From: Cirrosporium novae-zelandiae
Lineage: Eukaryota
DNA: 64,000 bases
Direction: 5' to 3'
Assembly (NCBI GenBank): GCA_026023565.1
Contig: JAPETS010000010.1
Coordinates: 620,001-684,000 of the forward strand
Both the position numbers and the translations under genes were made by a program. The notes under the pieces are model-generated. The model saw only the letters and a program-made list of their open reading frames with translations. It ran no database searches and was not told where the DNA came from. Shown piece by piece: positions 50,085 through 63,812 of this stretch (its first letter is position 1; every line of letters starts with the position of its first letter).

Positions 50085-52902
50085 CTAAATTCGAGGGAGT
50101 GAATAAACTGATGTGGCTGGAAAGTTCACGGGGACTAGGTTTGGTAATGATAATGCTGGATCTGGTGAAAAGGTTGGGCCTGCTGTTATACTTGATAGAG
50201 GGATTGGTGGGGTAGTTGAGAAGACCAATGTTGGCAGTGGTAGCACTATGCCTGGGAGCGACAGAGAAGGATGTATGCTAGGAACTATACCCGTGGGAAT
50301 ATATTTAGTGACCGTGACAGTCACAGGAGGACATAGCGAGCAGATGCTTGCCAGAGAACTGGAGGCGGGCAAAGAACTGAGTCTTGGGGAGATTGCGGTT
50401 CCTAGATTTGACGGCCGTCCCATGGTTAGATTAGAGAAAGGAACGGATGGTAGTCCGGATGAAGGCATAGAGAGAGGGCCTAAGCTTCCCCGTGGAGCAG
50501 TCACCAAAGGCCTAGACGACAAAGTTCCAGGGAATGTGAAGTTGCTGTTGGTTAATGCTGATGATAACGGGATAGACAAAGAAGACGGAGAGTATGATAC
50601 CATGGATGAGTTCGATAAGGGTAAAGAAGATGGAGTGGGGAAAGGCGGAGCAGTCACCAAAGGCCGGGAAGCAGAAAGCCTAGGAAACGTGAAATTCCCT
50701 TTACTTGGCGTTGGATGTAAGGCACGAGACAAAGAAGGCCTAAAAGTTGATGGTCCAGAAATAGAAAGGCCTGGGATATACGGTCCAGAGGTTGAAGATA
50801 ATGCGGTTAATGACTCAGAGAGTGATAGGGTAGAACCATTGATGTAAGTCCAAAGATCAATAGTGCCAAACCCGCCGCATGCAAAATCGAGATCTCCAGT
50901 ACAAGGGTAGGTACATTTGGAAGCATCAACAGAAACAAGGGCGGGAGAAAGCGTAGAGCCACAAATGCCTAGGGATTGTTAGTTTAAACATAGGCTTACT
51001 CATCTACAAATCTGAAGAAATGGCACGGAAATACTAACATTCATTTCCATATTCCAAGGCATAGTATTTATAGCCAAAACAGAGCGACCCGCAAACTAGG
51101 GACGTGAGATTATCGAGGCCTTTGAATATAGGTTCTGCGTTGAGACCAATAGGCCGAAGGGAGAAACCAGGCTCCAGATAGCAGCCTAGAGGCGAGAGGA
51201 TAGAAGCACTATGAGTTGTAAAAGTTAGACAAGCAATAAATTTTTGGATCGTGAGAAGCTTACAGAGGAACCGGTTTTAATGGTGAGAGTGAAGGACTTA
51301 AACTGAAAGAGGAAGAAGCTCCAGTTGGTAGCAGAAGGCTAACAGGAGTTGTGGTGTTTGGACGTGGAAATGGAGCTGGAAGGCTAGCTAGAGAAATAGA
51401 TGGTAATCCCGAAAAGCTGGCGGGATTTGAGACTCCTCCCAAGGAAGTCGATTTCAAACCTATAGATACATCACCAGAGATAGGGGGAAATCCAGGCATT
51501 CCTAACGAAACAGAGAGACTGGAAGAAGCGAGACTACCAGAAAAAGGTATGCTAGCAGAAACTGACGGCCCTCCAATCCCTGGCGATAACAAAGGTTGGG
51601 ATGCAGATAGGATATAACTAGAAGTGCTAGTAGTAGAAGATCCGGAATTGCCCTTGGATATGGAAGCACCTTGGCTTATCATCACCGCCGAGTCAGCTAT
51701 CGGTCCAGCAACACTCAATCCTCCATAGGTATTGAGATTACAGGCATTCTTCGTATATGTTACCGCCAAACAAGGCACGGAAGGGTTTGGCTTGTTGTAG
51801 ACGGAACAACGTTGGATACAGTCGGCCAAACCTGATGACAGTAAATTTGCACCGTTTGGAACAATGGCTCCCATAGCTTGCATATTACACATTATAACGT
51901 ATATATCCCCGTTTTTCGCTGCAACATTTACTCCATTATAACCCGGGCATAAGTTAAAGGTGCTGGGTGACGGAGAAGGGGTGGCACTTGATGTTGAAGC
52001 AATTACCGGTGCTTTAGTAAGTTGTGCTGAGTTTGCACCAACCAAAGAAGTGGCAAATCCCGTTGCGCCCTTCAAGTAGCAGATCCCATAGAAAGTAACT
52101 GCCACACATGGTCTCGAGGGATTTATTTGGGTGTACATGGCACAAGATTCTATGCAGCTTTGAAGTGAAGCTCCACCAATAATGCCGTTAGGAAGTGTGG
52201 CGCCAAGGGTGTCGTGACGACAGGCTACCCTGTAAATCCCACCATTGGTCGAGGTGTAGTTTGCTCCATCATCGCTTGGACAAATGGCACGTGTGGATAT
52301 TGACTGTGCTGGCGTGGATGGAGGTAATGTTGAACCATACAAAATAGCTGCATTCACATTGCTAACGTGCGGAATGGCGGAACTGAGCGTCCCCCCTTTC
52401 AAAGAGCAGATTGCGCCATCCATATAAGCAACCCCTGAACATGGGCTACCAGGATTTGCAGCGGAGTAAGTAGAGCAAGCAGCAATACAGCCCGCAAATG
52501 TAGAAACGGCAAGAGATGAAATAGTGCTGCCGCTTAAACTCGAAGCACAGGCAAGAGTGTATTTAATACCATTAGTATCTGTGAAGATGGTGCGGTCTCC
52601 TCCTGGACAGGTTGCAGGCCTTAAGGTGCCTGGGGCGAGGGGTGATGCAGATGGCACAGGCAGCCCGGAGGGCCACCATGTTGTCGACGGTAAAACGGTT
52701 TTTGTAAGAGTTTCTGGTATGATAATCAGATCCAACCCAGAATTTCAATATAAGAGATCTTACCTGTGACGGTGACGAATTGGATAGGGTTACCGACCGA
52801 AACATCTCCATTGGCTGAAACGCCTCCGCCACCCGAAACACCAATTTGTGCTTTAGCTATTGTCGCTAGGGCAATGGCCCAGAAGCTGAACTTAAGCAGC
52901 AT
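50085..52902 (-). CDS. Secreted Ser/Pro/Thr-rich protein with three PAN/Apple-like Cys repeats and a WSC domain
   Basis: Signal peptide MLLKFSFWAIALATIAKA; 3 repeats CP..NG..Y...C..CI..C..PC..V..C.L; WSC motif LGCYLE..C..C..YKYYALEYGNECICG..C..PCTGD..CGG across an intron; low-complexity tail. Confidence 0.8.
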
Positions 52903-53922
52903 AAGGAGAAACCAGATGGAATATTTTGGTTCTCAAGAAAATTTCACAGAGGCAGTAAATAAATTAAAAAGAGTGTGACTTGAAAACGAGAGCCCTTCTT
53001 TCAGAAGGTTAATGGTAGAGGACATTGAGGTATTGGGACAATAGGAGAATTTATCAACAGCTTTGCTAATCTCCTACTACGACTCCCTTCATGCGAATGT
53101 TGCTGGGAAACCGTACCTTGCATGCTAGGATTTCTCAAGTCCCAGTTGATTTGAGCAATAAAATCATGAGGAGATGAGAATGGCTGTCCTATCCACAGGA
53201 ATGCAAAGTCAATAAAAAGCGGGTAGCCGCTGGAATGCTTGACCGGGCAGCTAGAACCACCAAAATGTCGCATGGCCCTCAATAAGGTAAAAAGGTGTCA
53301 GATTCCACCCCTTTGAAAGCGGCATTACCTGCAGATAGGTCAGTGCTGTACTTAGACCGCCATTGCCCAGAATGATATTTAATCAGAAGAAGGGTTTTCA
53401 TCAAGAAATTTTTGACGGTTGGTCTAGAAGATCACTTGATTCGACGTCTGATGATAGAGGATATATAGGGGTGAAACATTAAGAGGGAAATGTAACGGAT
53501 ACATTTGATAGAAGGTGAGTTCCTAGTTGGTAATGCGATCAACATATTAGCCCCATCAATATGAATCTAATTAGAAGTAATAGAATACCTTCTATAGCAA
53601 ATGTTAAATGGCATCTAGCATACTAAAGTCGTGCTGGTATTGGAAATTGTTAAGAGAACAAGGACTCACGATACAAAACAGACTCGACAGTCTTGACATT
53701 ATTACCATAGGGCAGTACTTCTCGAATACATACTAACTTGCAAATGCCTCTGGACGAAATAACTAGAACATGAAAAATTCTAAAAATTAACAAACAGCAT
53801 ACTGTTACAATTCTCGGGAAACATAACTGCAATCAAGAATTGAACGATGTGCCCAAAAGTTCTTGGGTTATCCAATGATATTCTTTTATGCTGATATGAT
53901 AGTGTGGACTCGATTCCACTTT

Positions 53923-55070
53923 CTAGAGCTTCGAGGGATGAGATTGCGCACTATCCATCCTGCGACCCTCATCATCCTGTTCTGGTACCTCTAAAACTGG
54001 GAAGGTAGCCGGCATCATTCTCCTAGGTATCGCACCCTGCACAACAGAGTATTTGGAAAAGTCGGTTATGCCTCCGTACTTGCGCAGAAAGTCTTCGTCA
54101 AGGCCGAGAACTCCATTTACTTCAGCTGCAGGTGCATGAAGTATAGCTAGTATTGCATCCGAAAATATAGACTTCAAATGTTAGTAGAGATTTGGCAGCA
54201 AAAAAGCGAGTAACATACCGGCTTTCGAAGCTCCTTAGCAAGGGATAGACTGTCTCCAGTATTTTGAGTGGCAGCAGATTCAATCGCCTAAGTTGATGAG
54301 TATGCAGATTGGACAGGAAATCACCAAGGGTGACGAACTGTGGCTGGCCAAATGCTTGTAATGGCCATGTCAAGGTGGTCTTGACGAACAAAATCCATAG
54401 CCAGACCTTTGGTCAACACAGACATGCCAACCTTCCCTATAGCCACAATGTCAATGATACCATTGTCACAGCATTTGTTCGCTATTTGCTGCCTTACCCA
54501 TAGCATATGCGGTCTTGCCGCGAAAGAATCTAGAATATATAGGCGGCGACACAACCACTATTCTGCCATGCCAATTGTTGCATTTGAAGTAGGGCAAAGC
54601 TGCCTGAACAGTCCCATATAGTCCCTCAGGGTTGATCTTCTGCATAAGCTGGAATCTCTTCATAGGCGTGTCCTCAACCGAGGCCCACCAAATTGCACCA
54701 GAATTATAAACCACAACATCCAAGCGGTGGTACACATCGACTGTCTTCGTTATCATACTAACAATACTATCAAAGTCTCGAGTATCTACACGGATCGCAG
54801 TGGCCTCACCACCCGCTTCGCGAATTTCTCTCTCGACGGTACTGATGGTCGACTGCGGAGAATTGGGGTCGGGGGGAAATGGAACAACATTCGAGGCATT
54901 GGATGTACTCTTCGCAGCAACAATAACTACATCTTGTTAGTAAGCCTAAGTGCTTGAGAAATGATAAGGTTACCTGAGTATCCATTTCTTGCGAGGTCGA
55001 GAGCAACTTGGCGTCCAATCCCACGGGAAGCTCCAACAACGAGCGCGACAGGTTTGTTTGCTTCAGCCAT
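53923..55070 (-). CDS. Peroxisomal short-chain dehydrogenase/reductase (HSDL2-like)
   Basis: MAEANKPVALVVGASRGIG, YNSGAIWW, YAMGK (YxxxK), SIWPA, C-terminal PTS1 SKL; multi-exon. Confidence 0.9.
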
Positions 55071-55484
55071 TTATATGCGGGAGTAGGTCAAAATTTTGGG
55101 GCTTCAGCATGAGTGCCATATTGTTTATCTTTCGTTTTGATTTATTAGCGGTCGAACTGTTTGTTTACTGGAGCTTCAAAGAGGGGGCTTCCGAGGTTCT
55201 GATGAGTGATCGAGTGTATCCGCTCAAAACATTCGGAATACACATGTAAATTTTGATTAATGATCAATAGTATCTATCAATCCAATTGCGTAGAATGGAG
55301 TTTTTGCAGTATAAAAATTTATATGTAGCGAGGCTAAGGGGTATCAAGAATATTAATCAAATTATTGTTACCTCAAGCTGTACTTTCGAAGGTACTGTAC
55401 TGTACAATGGTAGGCACTTGTATTGTGAGTTTATTGGTTCCCGTATTCCACACCAGCACCAACAAAGAATACATGAGGCTATCT

Positions 55485-56932
55485 CTATTGGTTGAAATCC
55501 ACAACAATCCTGCCCGCAACCTTTCCGTTTCGAAGCCTCTCAACCGCTTCTCCAATCTTATCGATTGGATAAACGGTACAAATTGGCTTTATTACTCCTC
55601 TCTTTGCATATTGTAGTGCTTGGTCAGTATCGTACATACTGCCAACGACAGTGCCTGCGATCCTCAGCTCCCTGAAGACAAATGTACTTGGTGGTGCTCC
55701 CATTGTTACAGAGCCGGCGGGTTCTATTAGAAGACGAGTTAGCGGCGCCACAGTGACTCATAGTCTGTAATGGTTGGTTGCAAGAACAAGTCTTACCGAG
55801 TCCTATGCACATGATGCATGCTCCCATGCGGGTACCAGTAAACCCAACTGCATGCTGGTAGGAATTTACGGCTGTGACAAATACTCCATGCGCCCCTATT
55901 CCATCTGCGATTTTGACAACCTCGGCAACAAGGTCCTTTGCCTCGTTGAAATCCACAAACGCCTCTGCTCCTCTTTCTATACAGAGATCCCTCTTATCTT
56001 TCCCTGTATCGACGACAATTGGTCGAAAGCCCATTGCTCGTGCTATTTGCACAGCTTGCATTCCTACACCTGCACCACCACCGGGGAACACGGCCCAGTC
56101 CCCTGGCTTGAGGCGAGATTCTCTAAGAGAGCGATAGGCGGTGGTTCCAGAACACATGACTGGACCGGCAACATAGTCATCAACCCCATCAGGAATAGGA
56201 GTCGTGTATCTAGCCGGAGAAACAACATATTGTTGATATGAACCTGTTGAAGTCAGCTTTTGATCAAATAAATGAGACAGTATTCGCATGAAGTCAATTA
56301 TGTGGTGGTTCTAAGATTAGTCGTGAACCGAAAAATAATATGTTCAAAGGACCTTCAAGTAGACTCTAAGAGAACCAAGTTTCGCGAAATAACACTCGTC
56401 ACGCAATCTCGAGAGTATATTCAAGAGTACAAGTAAATATTGGGTAAACGGCTATAAATAAAAATGGGATACTGACCTGGCACTTGCAGTCCAGCAAAGA
56501 TTGATTCCTTGCACATTGTTTCCTTATCCCCCCAGCATAACTCGCACTTCCCACAGGTAGTCCAGAAAGGCTTCAGTCCAGCTCGATCTCCGACTTTCCA
56601 ATTCTTGACATCTGCACCTATTTTCACAACCACGCCGGCGCCTTCATGGCCAGTAGAGCGTACGCCCCAGTGAGACATTGGAGGCAGTCCCATATCGCCC
56701 AGCATGAAGTGTATGTCTGAGTAACAGAGACCCGTACAGTTAAGGCGGATGAGAACCTGGTCCGGGGCTGCCACAGATATTAGCTGAAGATACAAGTAGT
56801 AGAATATAATTGAAGAAAGCAAATACCAGGCTCAGGTACAGGAACTTCCTGCACTTCAACATGGAAGTTGGGCCCCTCATTAACGACCACGCCAGCTTTG
56901 CATGTTTTTGGGACTTCAATAGAAGCTGCCAT
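55485..56932 (-). CDS. Zinc-dependent alcohol dehydrogenase (MDR family)
   Basis: CTGLCYSD, GHEGAG, CGKCELC..C, MCSGTTAY, GGGAGVG, GRIVVDF; 3 introns. Confidence 0.94.
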
Positions 56933-57969
56933 AGCGGAGAAGGTGTTTCAATTGTCAAATAAGTAGCTAAGAATTGAAATGTATGAATATGCTAAGAAAA
57001 TTCAAATATCTATTCCAAGGATAGGTTTGGAGGGAATGAAGGGAATAAAAGGAACTCATTATCGAAGGCATATAAGGGCTTTATTATACATGCGACGGTA
57101 CCTATGTTCTAGAGCCTAGAATGGCTTTTTAGAGCAGTACTTAGCCGTATGTACTATTGTGGGAAAAGAGGGGGAATCTCCTGTCCTACAATGGTTTGTG
57201 TGGTGGTACTGGCCAAGGCTCAGCTTCGTAGATGCATTCAGAACAAAAAGCCAATCGACCGATAGTCTCGAGATTTTGCATCATGGCGTCGTTCCTTAGG
57301 AAGGCCGCGTTATTGACTCCGTAAATAACCGCAGATATGGTGATGGCCTGATGATTATTGAGTGATTCCCAAGTTAGGCAGAGAAGGTTTTCCAACGGGG
57401 CACGATTCTCAAAGAGGTCGATTCCCCCGCACTAACACAATTAGCATTTGCGGGACGGCTCGATAAACTTTCCAGATTAGCTGTTATGCTTTTTGACTAG
57501 CCAGACTACAAAATATCACGGCCATCATAGGTTCATTCTACAAGAGTATATCAAAGGGGATCATTATGAGGTGGCCAAATTTCTCATTATATTAGTCCCA
57601 GATCATTGTGAGGTTCTGCAGCAGCCGGAAGACGCCTTAAAAAGACATCCTCACATCAAGGCGCGCTGATAGTAGATAAAATAGCAGATGTTAACGACAA
57701 GAACACAAAGCAAAATTTGCGAGAGATGTCGCATACATTGTAGTGAGTTCTTCCTGAGAAACTCTGGTAGAGAGGCGATTGCAAATTGAGTACGCTTGGG
57801 GGGTATTAAAAAGTAAATGTTTTTCCACTTGCAGACCAAAACATGCGGGCCAACCTCAGAGAAGTGGAGTTTTCGCTGTAAAAGCAGAACCTCGGCGCCT
57901 TCCTCGTTTTCCAACACATTCTGGTTTAGGCCGAGCATATCGATTATTGTCCGAAGCAATGTTGCCCAT

Positions 57970-58930
57970 TTAGACAGTTTTGGGGGATCGACTATTACTA
58001 CGCAAGTTGCAGAAGTAAGCGCTGGAGCAAGTCCAGAGCAATTTGTTCCTGGTAGAAATGGAAGGGATTACTCACGTGATGTCCACAATGTCGTCTATGT
58101 GGTTGCACATCGCGACAAACAGATCGAAGAACAATTTGCCACCTATCTCCATCTCCATCTGCATTGTTCCACTCCTCTTAAAAGTCTTACGACTTCTGAT
58201 GATCAGGGCTAAGTAATGAGCGCGTAGTCTGGAATCCGTGTCCGGCGTGTTATCATATGCAAAGCGAGCTGATCGGATGATCAGATCGACTGGGATTCCA
58301 CTTTGTAGGCCCTGCTTCCGAAGAGCAATGCGTTTAAGCTCTTCCAAGCCGAATTTCTCAGCACTGCAATAGATAACAGTGTCGCGCAGTAATTCTGCGT
58401 CCACGCTGGAATGAAGTATTGTAGCCTTCACAGACCCGCGGCCACTAAGTTTGGGGGATTCCTGGGCGTCCTCGAGCTCCCAAGTACTTCGGCGCTTATC
58501 GTGCAACAACCGGGGGTAGTAGTCACCTTTGTAAAGATACTCGAGGACACAGGACAGTATCTCGGGTTCCCTGTGAGGTCATAAAGTCAGAATCAAAGCA
58601 TCTAAAGAGCGGTAAACCTCGAAGAACATACTCATCAGACAATTCGATCTTCTTCGTGCTGGCCTCAAGGAACTGGCCTCGAAGGACGGCCGCGAAGAAG
58701 GGCGACTGCGATAGAACATCCTCATGGGCAGCAAAGACCCGCTGTTCACGTCCCACTATCAAAGTGACAATAGGACTGGTGATAGAGCTTCCTGCTGGAG
58801 GACTGTCCAATTTTTCGTGCAACTTTGCCTTCGCATGTTCATGATACGTCTTCTTGATCGGCTTGACAGGCTTGCCTACTCGATCTTTTGACCCAAACGA
58901 GCGTTTGAATAATGTGTCAAGTCGAGACAT
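57970..58930 (-). CDS. Conserved fungal BTB/POZ-domain protein
   Basis: SPIVTLIVGREQRVFAAHEDVLSQSPFF, EPEILSCVLEYLYKGDY, IYCSAEKFGLEELK, LRAHYLALI; last exon TNSRSPKTV* after intron 58075-57998. Confidence 0.88.
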
Positions 58931-59493
58931 TTTGTAGAATACGAATCCTAAAACGAGCGAAAGAAAGAAGTGATGGCAGAGAAAACCCAGTAGGTAAATG
59001 AGCGTTTTGGGTTTGCCAAAATCACGCACGTTGCATATAGGAGCTCCGGAAGCCTTCCAGGAAGGTCCTCATTCGTAGACCCAGATTTCTCGGGATAAGA
59101 AAAAGGGCTCGAAAAAGTATCCTGAAAAGACTTTACATACAAGAATCCGAAGTTGGACTCGTGAATGTTGTTTCGGCGGCTCTAAAGCGTGTGGAAGGAA
59201 TGAAGATCAGAAACGGGGAGAAGATCGAGGATATAGTAACGCTTGTTGTCATGCACGTGATGTGCCCCCATGATATCTCCTTGGCAGCTGATAGCGCCTA
59301 ATGATGCCAAGCATTGCTTTTCTATATTTAAAAGGTACCATAGTACAATTCAATAATCATTTTATGCATTCAATTAGATCAAGATAGCCATAGCATATGC
59401 CTATGACCCCAATCTTTAGGTTTGTTCATCAAATCTATAGCCATGGCTAACCACCATTACAGCGATACTTGCCTTTACAATCGCTACTTCTAC

Positions 59494-60377
59494 CTAGCCT
59501 CGAGCACCACCATCATTCATAAGAGTCTCGAAGCGCTTTCGGCAGGCATTTTGCGAGTAATTAGTAGTCGGCTTCATCTTCTTAAGGTGTTCCGCAGCAA
59601 CTTTCCATCGTTCATTTTGCAGCTTCCGAATACGAGCTTGAATTTCTTGATCAGCCTGTGTGACAGCATCAAGTAGGGCCAGATCCTATATAGAGAATAT
59701 TAGAGCAAGCCCTGAACCAAGATAATCCAGATCCAACAAGTCTTACATCAGGATGAGACCAGGTGGCCTTGTTTTGGTCAAGCATCTCCTCCTGATGAGC
59801 AGCTAGAGCCTTTTTGATCCGCCAATAGCGTGTCCCAATAGATTTCAGATTGTAGGATGTGCGACCTTCATTCTTTAAACGTTCCACGATCTCTCTCTCA
59901 GGTCGTCCTGCCTCTTTCATCTGGACAATGATTTCATCTTCCGAATCTAGATTCCAATCGATTTTCTTTGGCACTGCCAGGCGACCACCTTTCATACGAA
60001 CCGTCTTGTAATCTATCGGCTTGGGCGGCTTTAGGGGTTTTGGGTTAGGTGTAGTCTTAGATAGTATTAGCGCTGTCCCCCGAATGGCTTTAAGATCATA
60101 CATTAGGCTTCTCTTCATCCGAGGGGTACGCCTTGAGATATTCATCCTCTTCATTAACTTCATAGGAGAGGAGGACGTTGGAAGCCGGGCCATGAACGGG
60201 CTGACTGAGGTCTAAGTAGGCAGTATTAGCCTAGTAGCCATATGTCAAAGGTCACTTGTCGAGGGAATACCCACAGGGAGGGTAGATGTTAGGATCAAGT
60301 GGTTCATGTCCAAAATATGGAATATCATATCTTGGAGGAGGTTTTTGTTCTGGCTTGGCGGCTTGTTTACGAGGCAT
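59494..60377 (-). CDS. Small putative nuclear protein with HTH-like and Myb/SANT-like segments (4 exons)
   Basis: Spliced model MPRKQ..; LDSEDEIIVQMKEAG..EIVERL..KSIGTRYWRI; W..DLALLDAV..RWKVAAEHL..YSQNACRKRFETL*. Confidence 0.6.
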
Positions 60378-61293
60378 CTTTGCAAGGTCAATTCTAGTGT
60401 GATTGGGATTGATAACAAAGGATGAATGAACACAGAGATTGTTGTCAAGTTTGATATTTGAGAAATGAAATTTTAACATAAGTTTTTCTTGAAAGCACAT
60501 AGCTGTCTATTCACTGAAAATAGTGCAAATATTAAAGTAAAGATGAAAGTTATTCTGGCTCCCATTGGTCAGACTAGAGAATTTACACCTACTAGGCGCT
60601 CTTCCCATTTATTGTAATATCCCATAAGCTAATTTCCTATCTTGGCTCTAGGAGATAATACAAAATGGGAAAATATAAGTAGTTCAAGAGACTCGGAGAA
60701 ACTTGACTTTACAAAATTTCTGCCTATAATTAAAGCTGGTACTGTCTTGAACAGTTCAACAATAGGAAAGCCAACCTTGAATACCATGATGTTAAAGCGG
60801 GGGGGTACGAGGTTGGAGTGGGCAGCGTATGAAGCCCCTTTTGCTAAGGGTATTATCAAAGTCTTAGATGCTACCAAGTTAATGGCCATATAGAAGCAAT
60901 GTTTATGCAGATTCTTCAGTTATGATTGTGTTGGACCTGGGCAGTGAAATTGGAATATATATACACTCTCAACATTAGATTATGGGAGGTTAGATGTGTG
61001 ATATCAATGTTTATGGATGAAGCCATCAACGGCCAAGCCACAATGACGTCGCCTACTTGTGGCGTTATGAACATGGATGGCCATGGACCTTTCCAGTCAG
61101 GAAAGAACTCTATGTCTTGATAAATGACATTTCACCCCTCCTTGGATGGGTATATCTTATTTCTTTGCCTTTGAGTTTTCCTTCATATTTCCTATATTTT
61201 ACTATCTATACGTCCTTACGAATAGATTATTATCGTCCATAATTTCTTTATCATTTAGTCGCATCAACCTACTTCAATTCACCTATTGCTGAT

Positions 61294-62683
61294 ATGATGG
61301 AATATTTTAATGCTGCCTTAGCCAAAGCCCGCAAGGGGCGTAGTCGCTCCAAGTCTCCGGAACCCGTTCTAAATGATGAAGATGAAGCCTTTCTCAAGAG
61401 AATCACATCAGAAGAAACTCCGCCGCCTCTCCCTACACGCCCAGGCACCAATATTTTTGATAATGAGGAAGCGCCAAACGATGCGCAGCTTGCATTAATG
61501 GACGGGTCACAGAACATTGCTCTACCAGTGAGCCCAAATGAGCAAACTCCCGATATAGTGAAAGAAGATAGGCAGGTTGAAGAACCACGGAATATACCAT
61601 TACCTGAAACACCTGCTACCGAACTACCACTCCATGAAATAGAAGCAAAGGGGAAAGAAGGCCACGAGAAGAAAGCGGCGAAAGAACATAAGGCGAAACG
61701 GCCTATATCCTGGGCCTGGCTAAGAAAGGATAGTCGAGACCACAAAAAAAAGGTATGGATGCTTTATCGTGATTAATCATGAGTGTTTCTGACCGTACTC
61801 TAGTTGCAGGAACAGGCAGCACTTGATTTGATGTCTGCCGCTTCATCCCTCAAAACTAGCGTGTCTACCGAAAACATCCCTCAAACAGAGGTCCACAAGG
61901 AAGAGGAGGACATGGTTGATATACTAGAGAGCTTGAATCTTGCCGCTGTTAATAACCGTGCATTCTCTGTTTCAGCCGAGTCCCGCGAAGTTCTCCGTAG
62001 GTTCACAATCGTGCTCAAAGATCTCGCCAACGGCGTCCCAACAGCTTATGATGATCTCGAGAAACTGCTCACGGACTCGGATCAGCAGATACAGAAAATG
62101 TTTGGGAACCTTCCAGATTTCCTAAAGAAGTTGATACAGAGCCTACCAGGGAAGATTAGTTCAACCTTACTAGGCCCCGAATTACTCGCAGCGACGGCGG
62201 AGAACCCAGAGGTCCAAACCGACCCGACCAAGGCGCAACAGGCTGCTGCTGCGGCAAAGAAGATGGGAATGAAGACACCCAGCCTTAAGGACATGGTGGG
62301 GAAACCTAGTGCAATTGCAGGCATGTTAAGAACCATTGTCAACGCTCTCCGTGCTCGCTTCCCAGCCCTTATGGGAATGAATGTTCTGTGGTCACTGGCA
62401 CTTTGTGGTATATCAACTCTTCCCTTGCTAAGATGTTGTGCGTACTAATTTTCAATATCTAGTCCTCCTTCTTGTATTTTGGTACTGCCATAAACGTGGT
62501 CGCCAGGTCAGGCTTGAGAATGAACAGATTGCTGTCGATGCCGAGGTTGCACGTCTTGAGGCTGAATGGGCAGCTCTAGAGGCGATGTCCGAGAAGAACG
62601 GAAAAGTAGAACCATCATCTTCCTTAAAGCAACTGGAGCCCGACCAACAGCCTAGCGGATCAGCTTCAAAAAGCGAGTCTTAA
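61294..62683 (+). CDS. Conserved fungal hypothetical protein with C-terminal transmembrane segment (3 exons)
   Basis: PVLNDEDEAFL, LESLNLAAVNNRAFSVS, LKDLANGVPTAYDDL, RARFPALMGMNVLWSLAL, LLLVFWYCHKRGRQVRLE; introns 61753-61803 and about 62408-62462. Confidence 0.85.
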
Positions 62684-63812
62684 CCTCATTTAGCTGGACT
62701 TGCTATTAGTAGTCCCAAAATAAGAACTACGAAGGTACGAACATTGGGTTACGATTCTTGTGATACTTGCGATTTTCTCATTTGTCTTTCCTATGAGAGC
62801 TTTTTACGGAGTTTTGGATACTCTCGACTACTCCTTATAATGAAATGGAAGGTTTTATGATGTAATGATATGAAATGGAGGGTTTGGTCATGTTAAACAA
62901 GCTACTGAATCCAAAAATAATACTTGATTTCCCTGATTTCCTATACTCTTCTGATAACGAGTTGCCAAATTTGGCCCTTATGTCCCCGTTTCTTCTCTTT
63001 CCTTTTCACATACATATCTATGTAGTAGAGTTTGCTCTTCCTTTCACTCTATTAGGCCTAGGTGAGCCCATGAATCTTTTTCCATGTATCATATCTATGA
63101 AGCAGTGAATATTCAAGCATCTCTGACGGAAATACCTCGGCTACAAACGCTGCCATGACATTGAATTTGCTCTCCCACAACCATAAAAGCCCCCCAAAGT
63201 CCCTAATCCCTAACCTCAAGATCTTAACCCTGTTTTTCATTTTCTCATTCTTACATATCTATTTATCGTCTTTTGATATATTGTAACTCGATATTCTTTT
63301 ATATACCTCCATGTTATTGTTTTCAGTCCACAAGATGTATGTTCACTGTGGGTTTTATAATATAATTCTTACGCGTATTGAAGTGGGTTCATTAGACTCG
63401 TTTGTCCACGTGCTATTTCTCCCCTTGTGTTGCTGTTTTTAATTCCTAATTCTTAAACGTATAAGAGTTTTATTATAGCGTCGATAGTTTGACCTTAAGA
63501 ACGCCCGCACGTTCAGATGGAAGGATTCAGTCAAAGGTTTGCTAGGTATATTGAGTACCTTGACGCCTCTCAATCTCTCAATGGAATGACGGTATCAGAG
63601 TCCCAACTCGGTCCTGATGAATGGGAGGACAAGGTGGTAGGTCTGAAGATTGATATTGTAGGAGTAAATATCAAAAAGAATTTCAAGGTGGAAATGATAT
63701 CAAACCCCCCACTTCCGAGCCCTCAATACCAGCTTTCTCATCTAGGCTAGCAAAATGATGCAGCGTATCTACAAGGTTCGTACTGAAAATCCAAGATTTC
63801 AACCTCAAAATA

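Noticed and set aside
50113..50847. 244-aa Gly/Glu-rich plus-strand ORF
   Set aside because: Antisense mirror of the Ser/Pro-rich last exon of the PAN/WSC gene
60629..60893. Overlapping sense/antisense ORFs of about 85 aa
   Set aside because: Non-ATG starts, no motifs, located in a divergent promoter gap
63517..63750. 77-aa ORF with protein-like composition
   Set aside because: No family recognised and no convincing splice link to the downstream frame
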